A stretch of DNA of 64,000 nucleotides from Klebsormidium nitens (lineage: Eukaryota; Plantae; Klebsormidiophyceae): positions 1 to 64,000 of the forward strand of contig DF237259.1 of assembly GCA_000708835.1 (NCBI GenBank), given 5' to 3'. The position numbers were made by a program, and so were the translations under genes. A model generated the notes under the pieces. It saw only the letters and a program-made list of their open reading frames with translations. It searched no databases and was not told the DNA's origin. Shown in pieces: positions 47,897 through 60,600 of the stretch (position 1 is the first letter of the stretch; every line of letters starts with the position of its first letter).

Positions 47897-50800
47897 ATGG
47901 CGGCCAAAGAAGGGACTTACCAAGGGGCGGATCCTTTGAGGCCTGTGCTGGATGCAGTCCAAACTGATTCTGCCCGCTTGTCTGGCTCAGACGCCTTAAA
48001 ATATGACGCCTTGTATCCGATCTCAGCTGGCTGGCCTCCAAGTAAACAAGACCCGTTCCAACCTCATGACAACTGGGATGCGTTCTGCAGAAGGCAGAAA
48101 CAGGAGTATGTCGAACTGGACAGCAACCTCCGAGAGTTCGAGGGGGTAGATGAGAAGTTGAGAGAATTGGAGGTGCGGTGGAATCAATGCAGCTGGTATC
48201 CAGCATCTCTTTCTTTGTGCACTCCTCCATACAATGAGCTACTGAAAACATATGGAATTTCTATATACAACCCCTATGCCTCCACTCCCCTGATTCTTAA
48301 GCTCGTCTTGTGGTGGTGCATATGTATGACTGGGGGATATTGCCTGGCCGCTGGAGCTGCTCAATTCTCTCTACTGTCAGCTCTCTTCTTACCTGTAAGC
48401 ACATGGTATGTCTTTGAGGTCTTGTTCAAGCCTTACAACCACTTCACAGGATACAAAGTCAGAAAGTTTCGAAGAAAAATTGAGAACTCTTTTGCACTCA
48501 CACATTTGCTTGCTCTCAAAAAGCTTCATCTTACTCTCCTGGTCCCGAATCTCGTAAAGAAGGTCTGTGAATTCAGAAGGACCTTTTCTTGCCCCTCTTT
48601 AGCTAGTCAGAATCTGATCACTTCTGCTAGCTTTCTCAAGATTCTGGTCAAGCCTGGTCAAAGTCCACTTTTTCTCAGTTCAAAGTACAGTTCTGCTTTC
48701 GTCAAAGGAGCTACCACTATCTGCAGGTCAGTAGCGGGGAGCTCACCGCAGTTCTAACTAAGTGGCAAATAGAAATTGGAGTGGCTCACACTTTTGTGAC
48801 CCGAGCTGAGAAAGCTGCGGCGAAGGCAGGCAGCACATCTTGCTTCTGCTTCAGCAGCGGTGGATTAGAAGAGAAACGGGCAGCCGCAGAAGAGGAGCTG
48901 AGGATCGCTCGCGGAGCCCTTGACGCTGCTGAAAAGGAGGAGCGCTCCGCTCAAGCGAAGCTGGAAAGGCCGCTTGAAGAGCTTCATCGCTTGCAGGTTG
49001 GTTCCTTCAAGATTGGAATAGGATATCTTATATTATATTACGTTCAGATGCAGCATGTTCCAGCTTTGCAAAGGTCCACGAGTAGAAAATGGGGACTTCC
49101 CCGCTCAATGTTACTAGAGCACAGGATGTACCTTCCCTTGTCATTGATTTTTGTCCTGTTCTCTGCACTTGTTAGCAGAGGACTTTCTGGTCGGAGTGAA
49201 GAAGATTGTTGGCTTAAAGAAAGTTAGGGCCCGCCATGAGCTTAACATCTTCTGAAGCAGGGCTTTTGATCAAGCCACTTCAATGACGCTCTCAAAGTGC
49301 CTTAACCACTGTGTTGAACCAATGATTCTGACCAAGCGTTCTTCGTGCATCGTCCAACCCAGTGGAAGAGGGCCACTCTCTTTGACCTAGACGACAAGTT
49401 TGATTGGCAAACTTACTTGTTTCTGCCTCGCGGGTGCGTTTTGTCCTCCCTAGTATGAATTCGTTGTAAACCTCAGAAGGTTAAAGCCGTTTTCGAAGGT
49501 GTTTGGCCAGGGCGTCTTTGAAGAGAATCAGCTTGCTTAGCCAGTCGACTCACTCATGCAGATGGTCGATCCTGACGAATTCCGTGGCCAGATGATTTGC
49601 GTTTACCTCGCAGCCCTCTATCCAGGTCCTCCACATGCGAGGAACTGACCAGGACTAGTCCTTCGACTTGGTATCGGGCCTCTGTTTTGTGCTCCCCACG
49701 TTTTGTTCAGACCGTATGTTTTCTTCCTGTCATGCCTCGCGTTTGGGAATAATGCTAGAGCGCGGTTGCCTAAGCTTCGGGGCAGGTGCGGGCTTTAGAT
49801 ACCCTCTTTACTCTTCTATCAGTAATTCCCTATGTTTGGCCTTTCTAGGGAAAACCTTGGTCTTCAAACAGTCTATCTGACTTGAACTCTTACCTCCAGA
49901 TTCCTTGTGCCTGTTTTTGAGAAGGAGCGGATAAGCGCCGCCACGCGCTTTGGGCCGGGGTGAATTCTTGCACAGCCTGTTCACGAACACCTCGAAGGCA
50001 CGTATTCCCCTCGTATCTGAAGCCTCCGACATGAACCTTTTCTTCTCTCCTCCTCCACTCACAGGAACGACCTAAGAGCGCTGCTGCGCGGGCCGTCAGA
50101 TCCGATGGAGATATTGGACAGCCAGTTTACGGACATTAGAACCACGTCAGACTGCAGAATCCCCGTTCTTCACATTCAAACTCCGTAATGCAGTATCTGC
50201 CCTGCTCACAGGGACAACGCAAGAGCGCCGCTGCCCGTGCTCTGGCCAGATTGCGCTTCAGGTCGAAAGGTACACTTAAAAACCTCAAAGCCTCCCATGC
50301 CCCTCGCAACTGAGGACTCCAAGATGAACGGTTCGTCAAACATTTCTCGTCGATTTCTTCCTCTGCTCACAGGAACAACGCAAGAGCGCCGCAGCGCGGG
50401 CTTCAGACCAGATGGAGATTTTGGACAGCCTGTTCACGGACACTTCGGACGCGGCAGAGCAAGTCGCGGAGGACCAAGTCGCCCGGCTGCTGCAAACGGG
50501 AGCGCAGATCGAGGCTGCGCTGACGGCCCAAAAAGAGGCGCTGCGCCTGTTGCACACGGCGCTCCTGCATTTCGAGGGCGGGCAGGCGCGGTTGCGGGGG
50601 CAAGGGACCGGGGGACTGGCGGAAGAGGTGAGCGGGCGTTTGAGTTGTTCGTGCGGATTGGGTCGTGCTTTGCCGGCTCGTTGGGCCGTTTATTATGCTT
50701 GATGGCGTGATGGCATGTGTTTCGTAATCCTCGGGGCATTCGTCTCTGAAGGCAGCACTTTCCGGAACACTCTGCACCCACTTTTCAGCGGAACGCAGTG

Positions 50801-51730
50801 TTTCTTGAGGCCACTCGATATTGCAAAGCCACCAAACACAAGGCTCCATTGGGCACTCATTGTCGTGGGCATTGAAGTCTCCTTCTTTTCAGGGTTCGAC
50901 TAGCAAGCCAGTATATTGCGAGTTTTAGTCATCTCGTGCAGTTTTGGATTTGCAAAAAGTCTCAACAATAAGGAGCCGTTACGATGAGGCGCGTGGTTGG
51001 TCCATTGCTTCGGTTGAGTCAATTTTCCCGGGTGCTGGATTTCTGACCGGTCGGTTCGTAATCGAGTCGTTTCTCATGAGCTGCATTTATAATTAGTCCG
51101 TTTGCTTTCTTAGGCTCTGCATGCCTACGCGTACGTCTTCCGACTGTCTGCTCCATTTTTACTGAACACGTCCAATCAACAATTTCATGTGTGGCACAGT
51201 TGCCAACTTATCGAGCTACGTATTCACACTTGCGTCCCGTTGTGCAGCTGCGACTACATCAAGCCGCCGCGCTTCTGGCCAGCTCCACGTCAGCGATCCA
51301 GAAGGCCCTGTCCGCAGCGCCCTTTGCCCCGGGCGCTGCCCGGTTGAAAACAGACCCCGGGGGACCGCTCGGCGCCTTCCTAAATGCGGGGCTTCCAAAC
51401 GTGTTGCACGGATCGGGTGGCCCGGCCGCTGCCGGGAAATTGAGGGGACTGTTCGACGGTGCGTACACGGAAGTGTTGGCTCTGTATCAGTGGCATGAAA
51501 AGTTCGTTGCGAACATCGTTGACGACTTGGAGACAAACGCGGCGTCTCTAGTTGTTGCGAAGAAGGCGTTGCTAGAGGAGAGGCTGAGGTTAGTCCGGCA
51601 GGTGAGCGTGCAGCGGCAGGTGACGAACACAGAGCGGCGTAGGAGCTCACGGATCTCAGACGGTGTTCCGGAGGCGTCGCGGCTAGATCAGTATGCAAAT
51701 GGGGAGGAACCGGGGCGATTAGACTGGTAG
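47897..51730 (+). CDS. Hypothetical helical/coiled-coil protein, multi-exon
   Basis: Exons 47897-48172, ~48858-48997, 50373-50627 and 51200-51730 with canonical splice sites. One linking exon between 48172 and 48858 is uncertain. No recognisable family motif. Confidence 0.6.
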
Positions 51731-52983
51731 GTAGGCACGGTGTAGTTATGTATGCATGTCGAGTTGCAGGCAGATGTTAGGCAGCTTAGCTTAGTCTCCT
51801 GTCAGTTTAGAATGAGGTGAAATGCTCCCGGCGCATGTCACTGTACTTTTGACGCCAACCAGGGCTGTACTAGACATGTAGACTTCAGGTTATATCGCAG
51901 TCTTCTGTAAGCTGGGGCTTACAATAAAAGACGATGCTGTAGTATATCTAAGATAGCACAAATAAACTTGCAGCAAACAGGAAACCTTGAGAGACTACGT
52001 CTTGAGCTGAAGTATTTTGCAGACTGCCACAATGTTTTGCTGCTCGGGTGTGCATGTGCGATTGCTAGCTTGCGTTTGGTTCAGATCTGGGCTGGGAGGC
52101 CATGTGGAAAGCAGCCACCATGCATTAGATCAACCAGATTCTTGATAAAAGCCTTTGCGCCGGCCGCCTCATCAGTAAACGGCACCTGTATGGACGTCTC
52201 GCGTATAGACTGATACCCTGTACCTAATGTACTATAATGCATGTGAAGTCACTGCGCTAGGTCTGGCCCGGTATGTGGCGATCCTGATAAGCACATTGTC
52301 GAGGCCCGATGCACCGGCGGCCAACAAAGCGCGCCTAGGGCTTGTCGCGATCGCGATCGATCGGTTCTAGGCGGCTCGTACGTTCGGACCAACGTGTTGC
52401 ATGTGTGCATGCAAGTCCGCGATCGCTTTCAGGAATTTTCGTCTTTGCCATGTACGTATCCTAAGCACCAATTATCATGCGGAAATTCAATCTCGTTGTG
52501 GCATACATCAATCTGCAGTCGTGCCAGGTGACCATACAATCATTACCATAGGCTTGTAGTCACGTACCGGTAACTAACAGCTGGTGCGGCGGCACCAGTC
52601 TGATGGGTAGCTCCAAGCAACAATGACCTGCATGATCGAATGTAAGATTAACCGGTCTGTATAAGATGTCATGGGCGCATGCCTTGCAAGTCGAGAAGGC
52701 CATGGTCGAGCCTTCATATGATGCCATGCTTGACCGCAACATAGGTGTTTCATCAATAGCTTAGACGGACTTGCATAGCACGGAATCGTAACCTTTTGAA
52801 TGATGTGCCACTTGCACAACCTCCTGTAGCAGCAGTACAACGAACTCCAAGTACACCTTGGTTACCCTCAAAGAGCATTCTTCCAGACATCCTGTTACTT
52901 CTTCAAGCAACGGGTGACTGAGATGAATATTATCGAGCTCCAAGAAAGTAACTTTTACTCGTAAGCAAGGTAGCCTCGAAGAT

Positions 52984-55900
52984 TCAGTGCCACGCCGGAG
53001 CAGCCAGCTTCTTCTCGCGAAGGTCTCGGAGGAGCGCGCCCATCTCAACCTGAGTAGGAAGCAGCGAGAAGAACATAACGAGACCAGAAAGACTTGCGAC
53101 TTGCTTTCACCTCAGTTTGTAACGAGAGAACGCGCGGTACCGGATCATTGTGCATGCAAAAGGGTCCGTCCTCTGCAAGCAGGCGCGTCAACCCACAGCA
53201 CGTTTGAAGAGCTTATCTGAAATCAGTGTCCTGGTTGTCGGCTTCAGAAGTAATAAACTATAATTGTACGAATGCTTCACGAACAGCAAACCGTCTCTCG
53301 TCCCTCTCACGAACGCATGTGCCGCTCATGAAAACGTTGGCGAATGCCTTGATTCCGTGCACCGAAACATGGGACAAAGCATCCCCTCGAAATCCCATCT
53401 CACTGAAGAACTCTCTCTAGAAGGTAGAATCTCGACAAGAGGAAACCAGTCAGAAGCGAGGCAGAATTAGGTGACAGGTGAGAACACAGAAATAATCAAC
53501 GGAACTGCAAAGCACACTCAGCACGACTAGAGGAGTGCATGGATTTACCGCAGTCGCTGCGCACTCGCCGCCTTTGTTTCCGGCCTTGCCACCCGCCCTA
53601 TCGATCGCCTGCAAACCATGTCAAGTCAGTCGTTAGAAGCAGTTGAACAATCCAGGGTGATCTCGTAAACCTGCTACACCGTGAACACTGCAAGCAGAGA
53701 GCCAAGGATCCTTCTGACGCTTTCTGTTAAGTACGTCGGCATCGAAAGCTAACGCTGATTTGCGGGAAACTTTCACCTCAAAGCTTTCTCATGAGATCTG
53801 AGACTCCGAACGTCTGCAAATTGAGTTGCCCTCTTCGTGAGGGCTTGCGCAAAACACGAAAGGCCAGAGCGGGAGAACCAAAGGAAGGACGGCGAGCTTG
53901 AGCGGATTGTAAAGAAGCAAGTACGCTGCCAAAAAGCGTTCGTAAGTTGCTCAAGTATATCCTGCGCAGGCTCATGCTTGCAGGTCTAGAAGATTGTAGC
54001 AAAGGCCCTCGTCATGTTTAATTTGGACCAACGCTGGCTGTAGTTCTGAAAAGCAATGAATGTGCCTCTCTTGTCTCATCAGTCACTGTGGCTCCTGCGG
54101 GTCTCGAAGAAATAATTCAACGAATGAAGGAGTTGGAGGCACGTCACCTGCTCCATGGTGTCACATGTGAGTACACCAAAGATGACTGGTACTCCTGCAA
54201 AGAAGCATCGAGAAGGAAAGCTGTGAACAGTCTGTGTCCAGAGAATGCTTGCTGGCTCGAAAAGCCTTCATGTCTTGTTGACAGGTTTCTGGAGAGTAGT
54301 GAGCAGTGCTCGTAAAGCAGATCGTTCGCCCCCATTACGTGGGCATCGTAACAAAGAAAGCTTTCGGCCTTCGTGCACCTGGGCGGCTGACCTGCTCGCT
54401 TAAATTCGGCTCCAGACACCAAACAACAGGTAGCAGAATACCCCGTGGTCGTCTGGCGCTCGTAGATAAGGTGCGCGTGTCTCAGCAGCGTCAACAGAGA
54501 TCGATCCTAATCGCGTCTTTCTCACGTGCCCATTTTTATCAGGTCACGAACGGCCGTTCTCTGACATGCTTCCCTCTCTTGCTAACCCCCTCTGCACGAC
54601 GCTCACCATAAAAGACAATTGGCTGCGGTCGTGACCCACTTGACGGACTGGTGAGTAGTCTAACCTGTGGCTGCAGACGCCCCTAGGATTCCGCTCGTCG
54701 CTCCGTTGACCACCGCTTCGTAGTGTGTCGTCGCCCCACGGATCTGCACGACAGTCCCAAATCGGTAAAAGAGGGCGTACTCATACGCATCTGAATGACG
54801 GCACAGAGCGACTGCCAGACGGTCGCTCTGCTCTCACGTTGCCGAAAGTCAAGTGTCTCGGTTTATGTCTCCAGGCGACACTGCTGAAATGGTCACCGGT
54901 GCTGACGTTGACGTCCGCCCCAGTGAACCGCCCTCTTTAAAAGGCGTCGACAAAGAACCACATCACTAGTCAGACCATTCTGAGCCTTGCTCATAAACTA
55001 GAACAAGATCTTCGGACCAATTTTAGCAAGGAAGAGCTTCAGAACGGAAGGTTGGGGTAATCATCAAGGTTCCAAGGTGATTGGTCCCCCCATAAGGTCC
55101 TCGCTTGGTGGAAATGCTCTCAGATTCTCTGGAACGGGCCCAAACAGAATCTCTCAAAATCATTATGTAATCTCTAGAAATCAGAATAAACTTCTCAAAA
55201 ATCAGAACATAATCTCTAATAATCAGGACATCAGCGGCGACACTTACCACGGCTCCTATGCACAAAACCGCGTCAAACTTGCCGCTCTTGGCCATCGCCG
55301 TCGCGACCACCGGTAGCTCGAAACTGCCGGGGACCCACACGATCTAGAAAACGAACAAAGGAAAAGTGTCAGAGACTGAAGGAGCATTCATAGGCCGCAG
55401 AGAGTTCTGTGCCCTGGCTGAGCACTCTCCTTCGACACAAACGGTGAGAAATGGGGGTGAGATCAGAATCGTAAGTGAAGCTCACCCGTCGGAGAGCTCG
55501 AGACACATGCATAATACTAGTCTGGGCTATGGCTCACTTTGCGACTGGGACAGCAATGCAGAGTTACAGGACAATGCAAACCTCGCATCAGAGAGGCGGA
55601 GCGTTTTTGTGCGCATTTGCGGTCAGCTGCACACGATTCGAAAGATTTCAGGTGTCCCTACAACTTTCTCCCTATCCGTACATAGTCAAGTGAAAAGACG
55701 TTCTGCTTAGCTGACCTGTAACCTGACTTCAGGTCAAGAAGACCACCATCAGTCTGCAAATTGTCTTTTGAGTCTGCTAGGCAAGTTCTTTTTTCGCATG
55801 GGCGTTTTAGCTTCTGTTCAAAGCTTTGCAAGTGATTCATGCCCAGCTGCATTCTCTTTTACCGTTTCAACTGGGTTTGTGACCCTTTGTACTCTCGGTT

Positions 55901-57359
55901 TGCACCAGGTTTGCTCTTATTCCAAGAGGTTTCTAGAGATAAGGTAAGGAAAAAATGGCCCATGCGACAACAAAGCAGTAACGAGAACCACCGGTTCTCT
56001 GATAAGCACACCCCCCTATTTGTTGACCACAACAAGGCTCCTGAAAGGGCTGGCCTTGCCAACAGATTCAATCGTACCACTCTCTCATCAAAAACCAGCC
56101 TGAAAGTTGACCCTCAAAGGACCATGAGAGGTTACTTCAGGGGCACCCATTTCCTCCATGCCAAGACCTAGGAACATCTGGTGCCTAAATCTGCACAAAT
56201 GTGATGAAGTCATCCTCCTTCGCAAGGTGACGGTTGGAGGACGCCCAAGATAACGTTCTCCAAATCTTGGCCCCAAGGATCAAGGGCTCTCACCTCGATG
56301 TCTTCATCTGCTGCGCCGTGCCTCCGGAACGTTTCCTTGGCGCCCTCTAGCAACAGCTTTGTGATAAAGTCATTGAATCGAGCCACCACCTGCAACCAAC
56401 GGACTTTTCTTTTTCTGTTCCATATTGACGCGTCCATTGCTGATGGTTTTTCCTTCTTCTCCGTTTGTCAATTCCGGCGAAACATCTGAGAATCATCTGG
56501 ACATCCCCCAAGCATGCAGTGATCAACACCACTCATTTCATCGGTGCCAGCAACGAGGCCTCGAGCCCCCAAGCCAAAGCAGGTCTGGGTCATTGAAGCA
56601 GGAAGTCGTCACCACTCTACCTGTGTTGCGGTCAACAACTGAGAGGAAAAGCGCCGAAATGATTTGCAAAAGCTACCACCGCCATCGAATCCTGTTGCAA
56701 GCTTACCACCGCAAATTTCAGGCCATCTGCAGACGCCTTGCCCGATGTTTCCCGAATGGCTTGACAAACTACGCTTGATTGCTGCCCGCCCCTTCGATTG
56801 GCCGGTACTTCTAGAGCTTGCCGGCGCAGGTGACATTGACCTGTGTGGTGTGAAATCTTTTACTGAGGAAGGGTTTTGGTATGAAAGAGAAGCTAGCTTT
56901 TGGTGCACTTCAAAAGTGCCAATCTGGAGGAAAGTCTGCAATGTCTTAAAACCAATGGGATGATGATGGTCGAACATTGTTGACGCAAACACTCTTGGGT
57001 TCATTCAACATTCGACCAGAAGAAGGAGATGCCGGCAAAATGCGGTGGCAATGCGCATGATTTACCACCACCTTACAACTGTGAACACAAATGCAATTGA
57101 AGCAGACTCAAGTCTCCCTGCACTTATTCTGATACTCTTGGTGGTTTTGCACTCAATGATCATCACCTGCAGGCCCCGTCTGTGCTGCATTCTGACCCCT
57201 CAAAGCTCCAGAAAGCGCCTGCGTGTGGTGGTGTTTCCTGTTGCCAGCCAATGCAGGCGCGCTTTGTGATAGACCCTGTTCTGCATTGCCACAGCGCTGC
57301 TTCAGGCGACCTAGAAAGACGGTGTGTAACGACTTCTGCGTGCAAGCAATGGCCTCCAT
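52984..57359 (-). CDS. ribH: Plastid 6,7-dimethyl-8-ribityllumazine synthase, 8 exons, ~256 aa
   Basis: Exons 57359-57167, 56840-56707, 56389-56294, 55343-55248, 54743-54665, 54194-54148, 53608-53549, 53049-52984; phases consistent. GLKFAV|[19 protein letters not shown]|[25 protein letters not shown]|[14 protein letters not shown]-terminal transit-peptide-like extension. Confidence 0.95.
55148..55230. repeat. Low-complexity tandem repeat (aatctct...aatcag) adjacent to a lumazine synthase donor site
   Basis: Several degenerate ~22-bp units visible in the sequence. Confidence 0.6.
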
Positions 57360-57676
57360 GATCCAATTTGGAAAGCGCCCACACGTTGCAATTCCGCTTT
57401 GCTTTGAATTTATGTTCACCTTCCTTCAGACTGGTGCTCAAGTATTGGTGCTTTTGAGGTTTAGGAATTTGAGGTTTGAACAAACTTGTCCTCGCTCCGA
57501 CTGTAAGTAGGGTAGCGCTGAAATGGGTTTGAACGGGGTTGAAGGGGAAACCCCAAAAGCCTTGAATCTCTCATGGACAGCATGGGAACTTGTGCTGAGC
57601 AGCTTGCTGGCCTGCTGGAACAATTTCACTTTAATACTTAGTAGTAGTAATAGTAATAGGCGGAAAGACCAACAAC
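57360..57676. promoter_or_regulatory. Probable bidirectional promoter between lumazine synthase and the M23 peptidase
   Basis: Divergent start codons only ~317 bp apart. Inferred from geometry; the M23 start codon is not verified. Confidence 0.4.
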
Positions 57677-60600
57677 ATGGCGCCCTGGGATGTAATGCAC
57701 CAGGCAGAACGCAACGCCAGTTCTAACCCTCTGCACGCTCTGGTCACTTGCTGCGAGATCCAGCTCCACAACCTTCACAACAGCATGCGCACCTGGCAAA
57801 AGAGCTGGCAAGCGGGGCAGCATCCATTTGCAAATTTAGAGTACAGCGATGATGCTCCAGGGGCCTCATGGAACGCCACTGATCGATCTGTCTCTGGACG
57901 TTCAGCGGAGCCAGGAAGCCGTGTCAAGGAGGGGAAAAGCTCGGACGAGATCTCGCCTTGTTGCATGACGAGAGGGGGCGGAAGTAGCGGCCGATCAGAT
58001 CATTCACTTCGGTGGCGAAGAGAAGAACGATCCGCTTCTTTGGGAGCAGTAGAAGAAAAAGGTCGAAAAGGTCAGGCAAGGGGCGTTTTGAAAGGCATTC
58101 GTGGTCACAATGGAGGGGATCAAAGAAAGGGCAATCTTGACAATCAGGATGGGCAGCAACTGCAACTTGGGGCCGCCCGCCTCTCGTTACTTCCCTTTGC
58201 TAGCATCAATGTCCCCAAGATCCTAAACCCGCACCTCCTTGGGGATCCCCTCGCCAGCTGTCGCCACGCGGCGCCGCCAGCAGCGCAGCTCATCGACAGA
58301 GTCAAACAAGTGGCCAGTTCCGCCCTGCTCAAGAGATCTGCGGTCTTACCCGAACCTGATGTGAAGCTGTCACATTGGGAGCCTTTTCAGGGGGACACCG
58401 TGGCGGTTTTAGTCACAGTGCCCCGACCCCGGGGGCTGATCGACCACTTTCATCTAGCCATGAGAAGACAATTCCCCGCCCTTGGGCCGTTAGTTTCGGT
58501 GGCAGTTGAGAAGGAGGATGTTCCGGCGTTTCCCAGGGGGGATGACGGCAGCTGGCGGGCGTTGATACCGACCACCCCCCTGGACAAGTCGGGAACGAGG
58601 GAATTGCAGGTAGTGCACTTTTGCCAGGAAGGACCAGGGACATGGTTGGTGCTGTGTATATCTGCTTTGCACACCTGCAAGCTTGATGTCACAGTATTTT
58701 CATTGCTTGCTTTGATGCAGGAGAGGGCTTGGGAGGATCTTAAGAGGGGGAATGCAATTGGTTGTCATACAGCACCTCTATGCTCAACCTTATCTTCTTT
58801 GTCCAGCAACTGTAGCTCTCCTCCATGATTCCAAACACCAAGTGTGCGGCGGGACAAGCGGTTCGCAGCCTTCTTTCTCTCCTCAGGGAATAACACTGTG
58901 CTTTCAGAAGCTGGCATTAAAGCAGCAAAGCGCGTTCAGGTGCGCTTTGTTTGGCTTGTGTTCTATTCTTGAAAGAGAAACTTGTTGGAAGAACCTGTTG
59001 GCAGCATTACTTTCAGATCGTAAGAATGCATGGAAGATTGGAATCTCTTGTCCTGACAGGTGCTTGTGCGGGATGGCCGCCACTCTTTGTACGACCGGGT
59101 GATCTACCTGAAGAACAGGGACTACATCATTGAGAAAATTCGGTTGCCGGAGCGCAAGTCTGGGCTGATAGGTGAGTGAATTGTCCCTCAAGCTCAGATC
59201 TAACGTAGTTGTTGCTTGCACATGGCAAGATAGGATGGGGAGTCTTGAACATGGAGAACTTGGAGCATTGTGGCAGCTTCAGTGGCGGATGGTTCCGGGC
59301 CCTTGTCCCGTTCCTACTTTTTCTCCGAAATATGCTGAGAACCAAAGAATCTGTCTAGAGCAACACCTATGTTGGTGCGCCCTTACGATTACGATTAGGA
59401 TAGGGATTACTAGAGGACTTCATATAAGAATGACATCAAAGTTTTTACGAACCGGAACTTCCGGATATGAAAACCTGGCTCGTTTCAAGACCAGCGTGCT
59501 TCACCAACCATATGCGTCTGAACGAGCAGCCAAGTCGGAAGCCAAGCGATTGCTGTTTGCTCGCTTCAGCAGTGGCATCCGTTGTGCTTACGACCCTGCT
59601 ACCGGATTCGTCTACGCAACTCCTTCTCTATCTACGTAAGCCACGAATGGATGCAGCGAACCTTCCAGATCATCAGGTTGGTGACTGCAAAACGCCCGCT
59701 ACTCGGCTTGTTGCTTTGGCAGTGAAGGTCGAATTGACAAAAAGACGAAGCTTGCGAAAGTGAATAGTTCAGCTTCGTCTTCCCTCCAGGTGGCGCAACC
59801 TCAAAGGAGCTAGCTGCGATGGGCGCCCTCCGGACGGTTCGGACGCCACGTCAGCTGTGGAGCGGTCCGTTCCTGCGGCCGTCCGTTGGCCACGTGACCA
59901 CGGACTACGGCGTGCAGCGGTACTTCAACGGCCAGTTCGCGGAGGGGTGAGCCGGCTGAACGTCAAAGCTTTCCTGGCCTTCTCGAACCCGTTGTCTGTC
60001 TCATTTTCAGATATCGAAAACCAGCCCTATTTTGAAGGAAATATCTCCAAGCCTTCGTTTCCAAACTAAGGTCCATGTTGCCTTGTAGCACGTTGCGTTT
60101 TAGCTTCCTTCTTCCGCTTGGATTGCAATGATGGTTGAGAGCTCGCTTGCATACATAAAAAGCGGTTGGATTGGGGTGAAAGAGGTCCGAAGGCAGCATT
60201 CGCTGTTATTGGGCTTCTGCAATAGCCTGCTCGATCTGCACACGTTACCCGCTTGATCCTCAGGCCTTAGACCCCTAGGTCTTCGAAGACACGATCTACC
60301 CATTCGTTTATTTGACTTGGCCATCAATGGCTTGAAACAACTCGCATGAGGTCAAAAATCTGCTTCTCAGCTTTCGGGAAGAAACTGCTTCTTTGAGCTT
60401 CCACCCATCGTCTTTAGAGCAGGACGAGGTCTCAAAAGATGATCAGTTTCTTGCAAGCAAAAGGGGCCCAGTCTAGTTGCTGTCGAAGTTTCAGGCAGAT
60501 CCCACAGCCCCCGCAAGCCATTCGCCAAATCCTTAAGAATCGATTCGACAGAGACGTTTTCGGAGAAAAAGCCGCCGAACGAGTTTCTCTGCCTATCCTG

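Noticed and set aside
52574-52900. MULE-like LCKWH or kinase-like VAVK fragments on the minus strand
   Set aside because: Isolated short motifs in stop-riddled frames within the probable 3' UTR of lumazine synthase, with no supporting domain context.
54088-54315. 75-aa plus-strand ORF
   Set aside because: It is antisense to lumazine synthase exon 54194-54148 ([16 protein letters not shown]).
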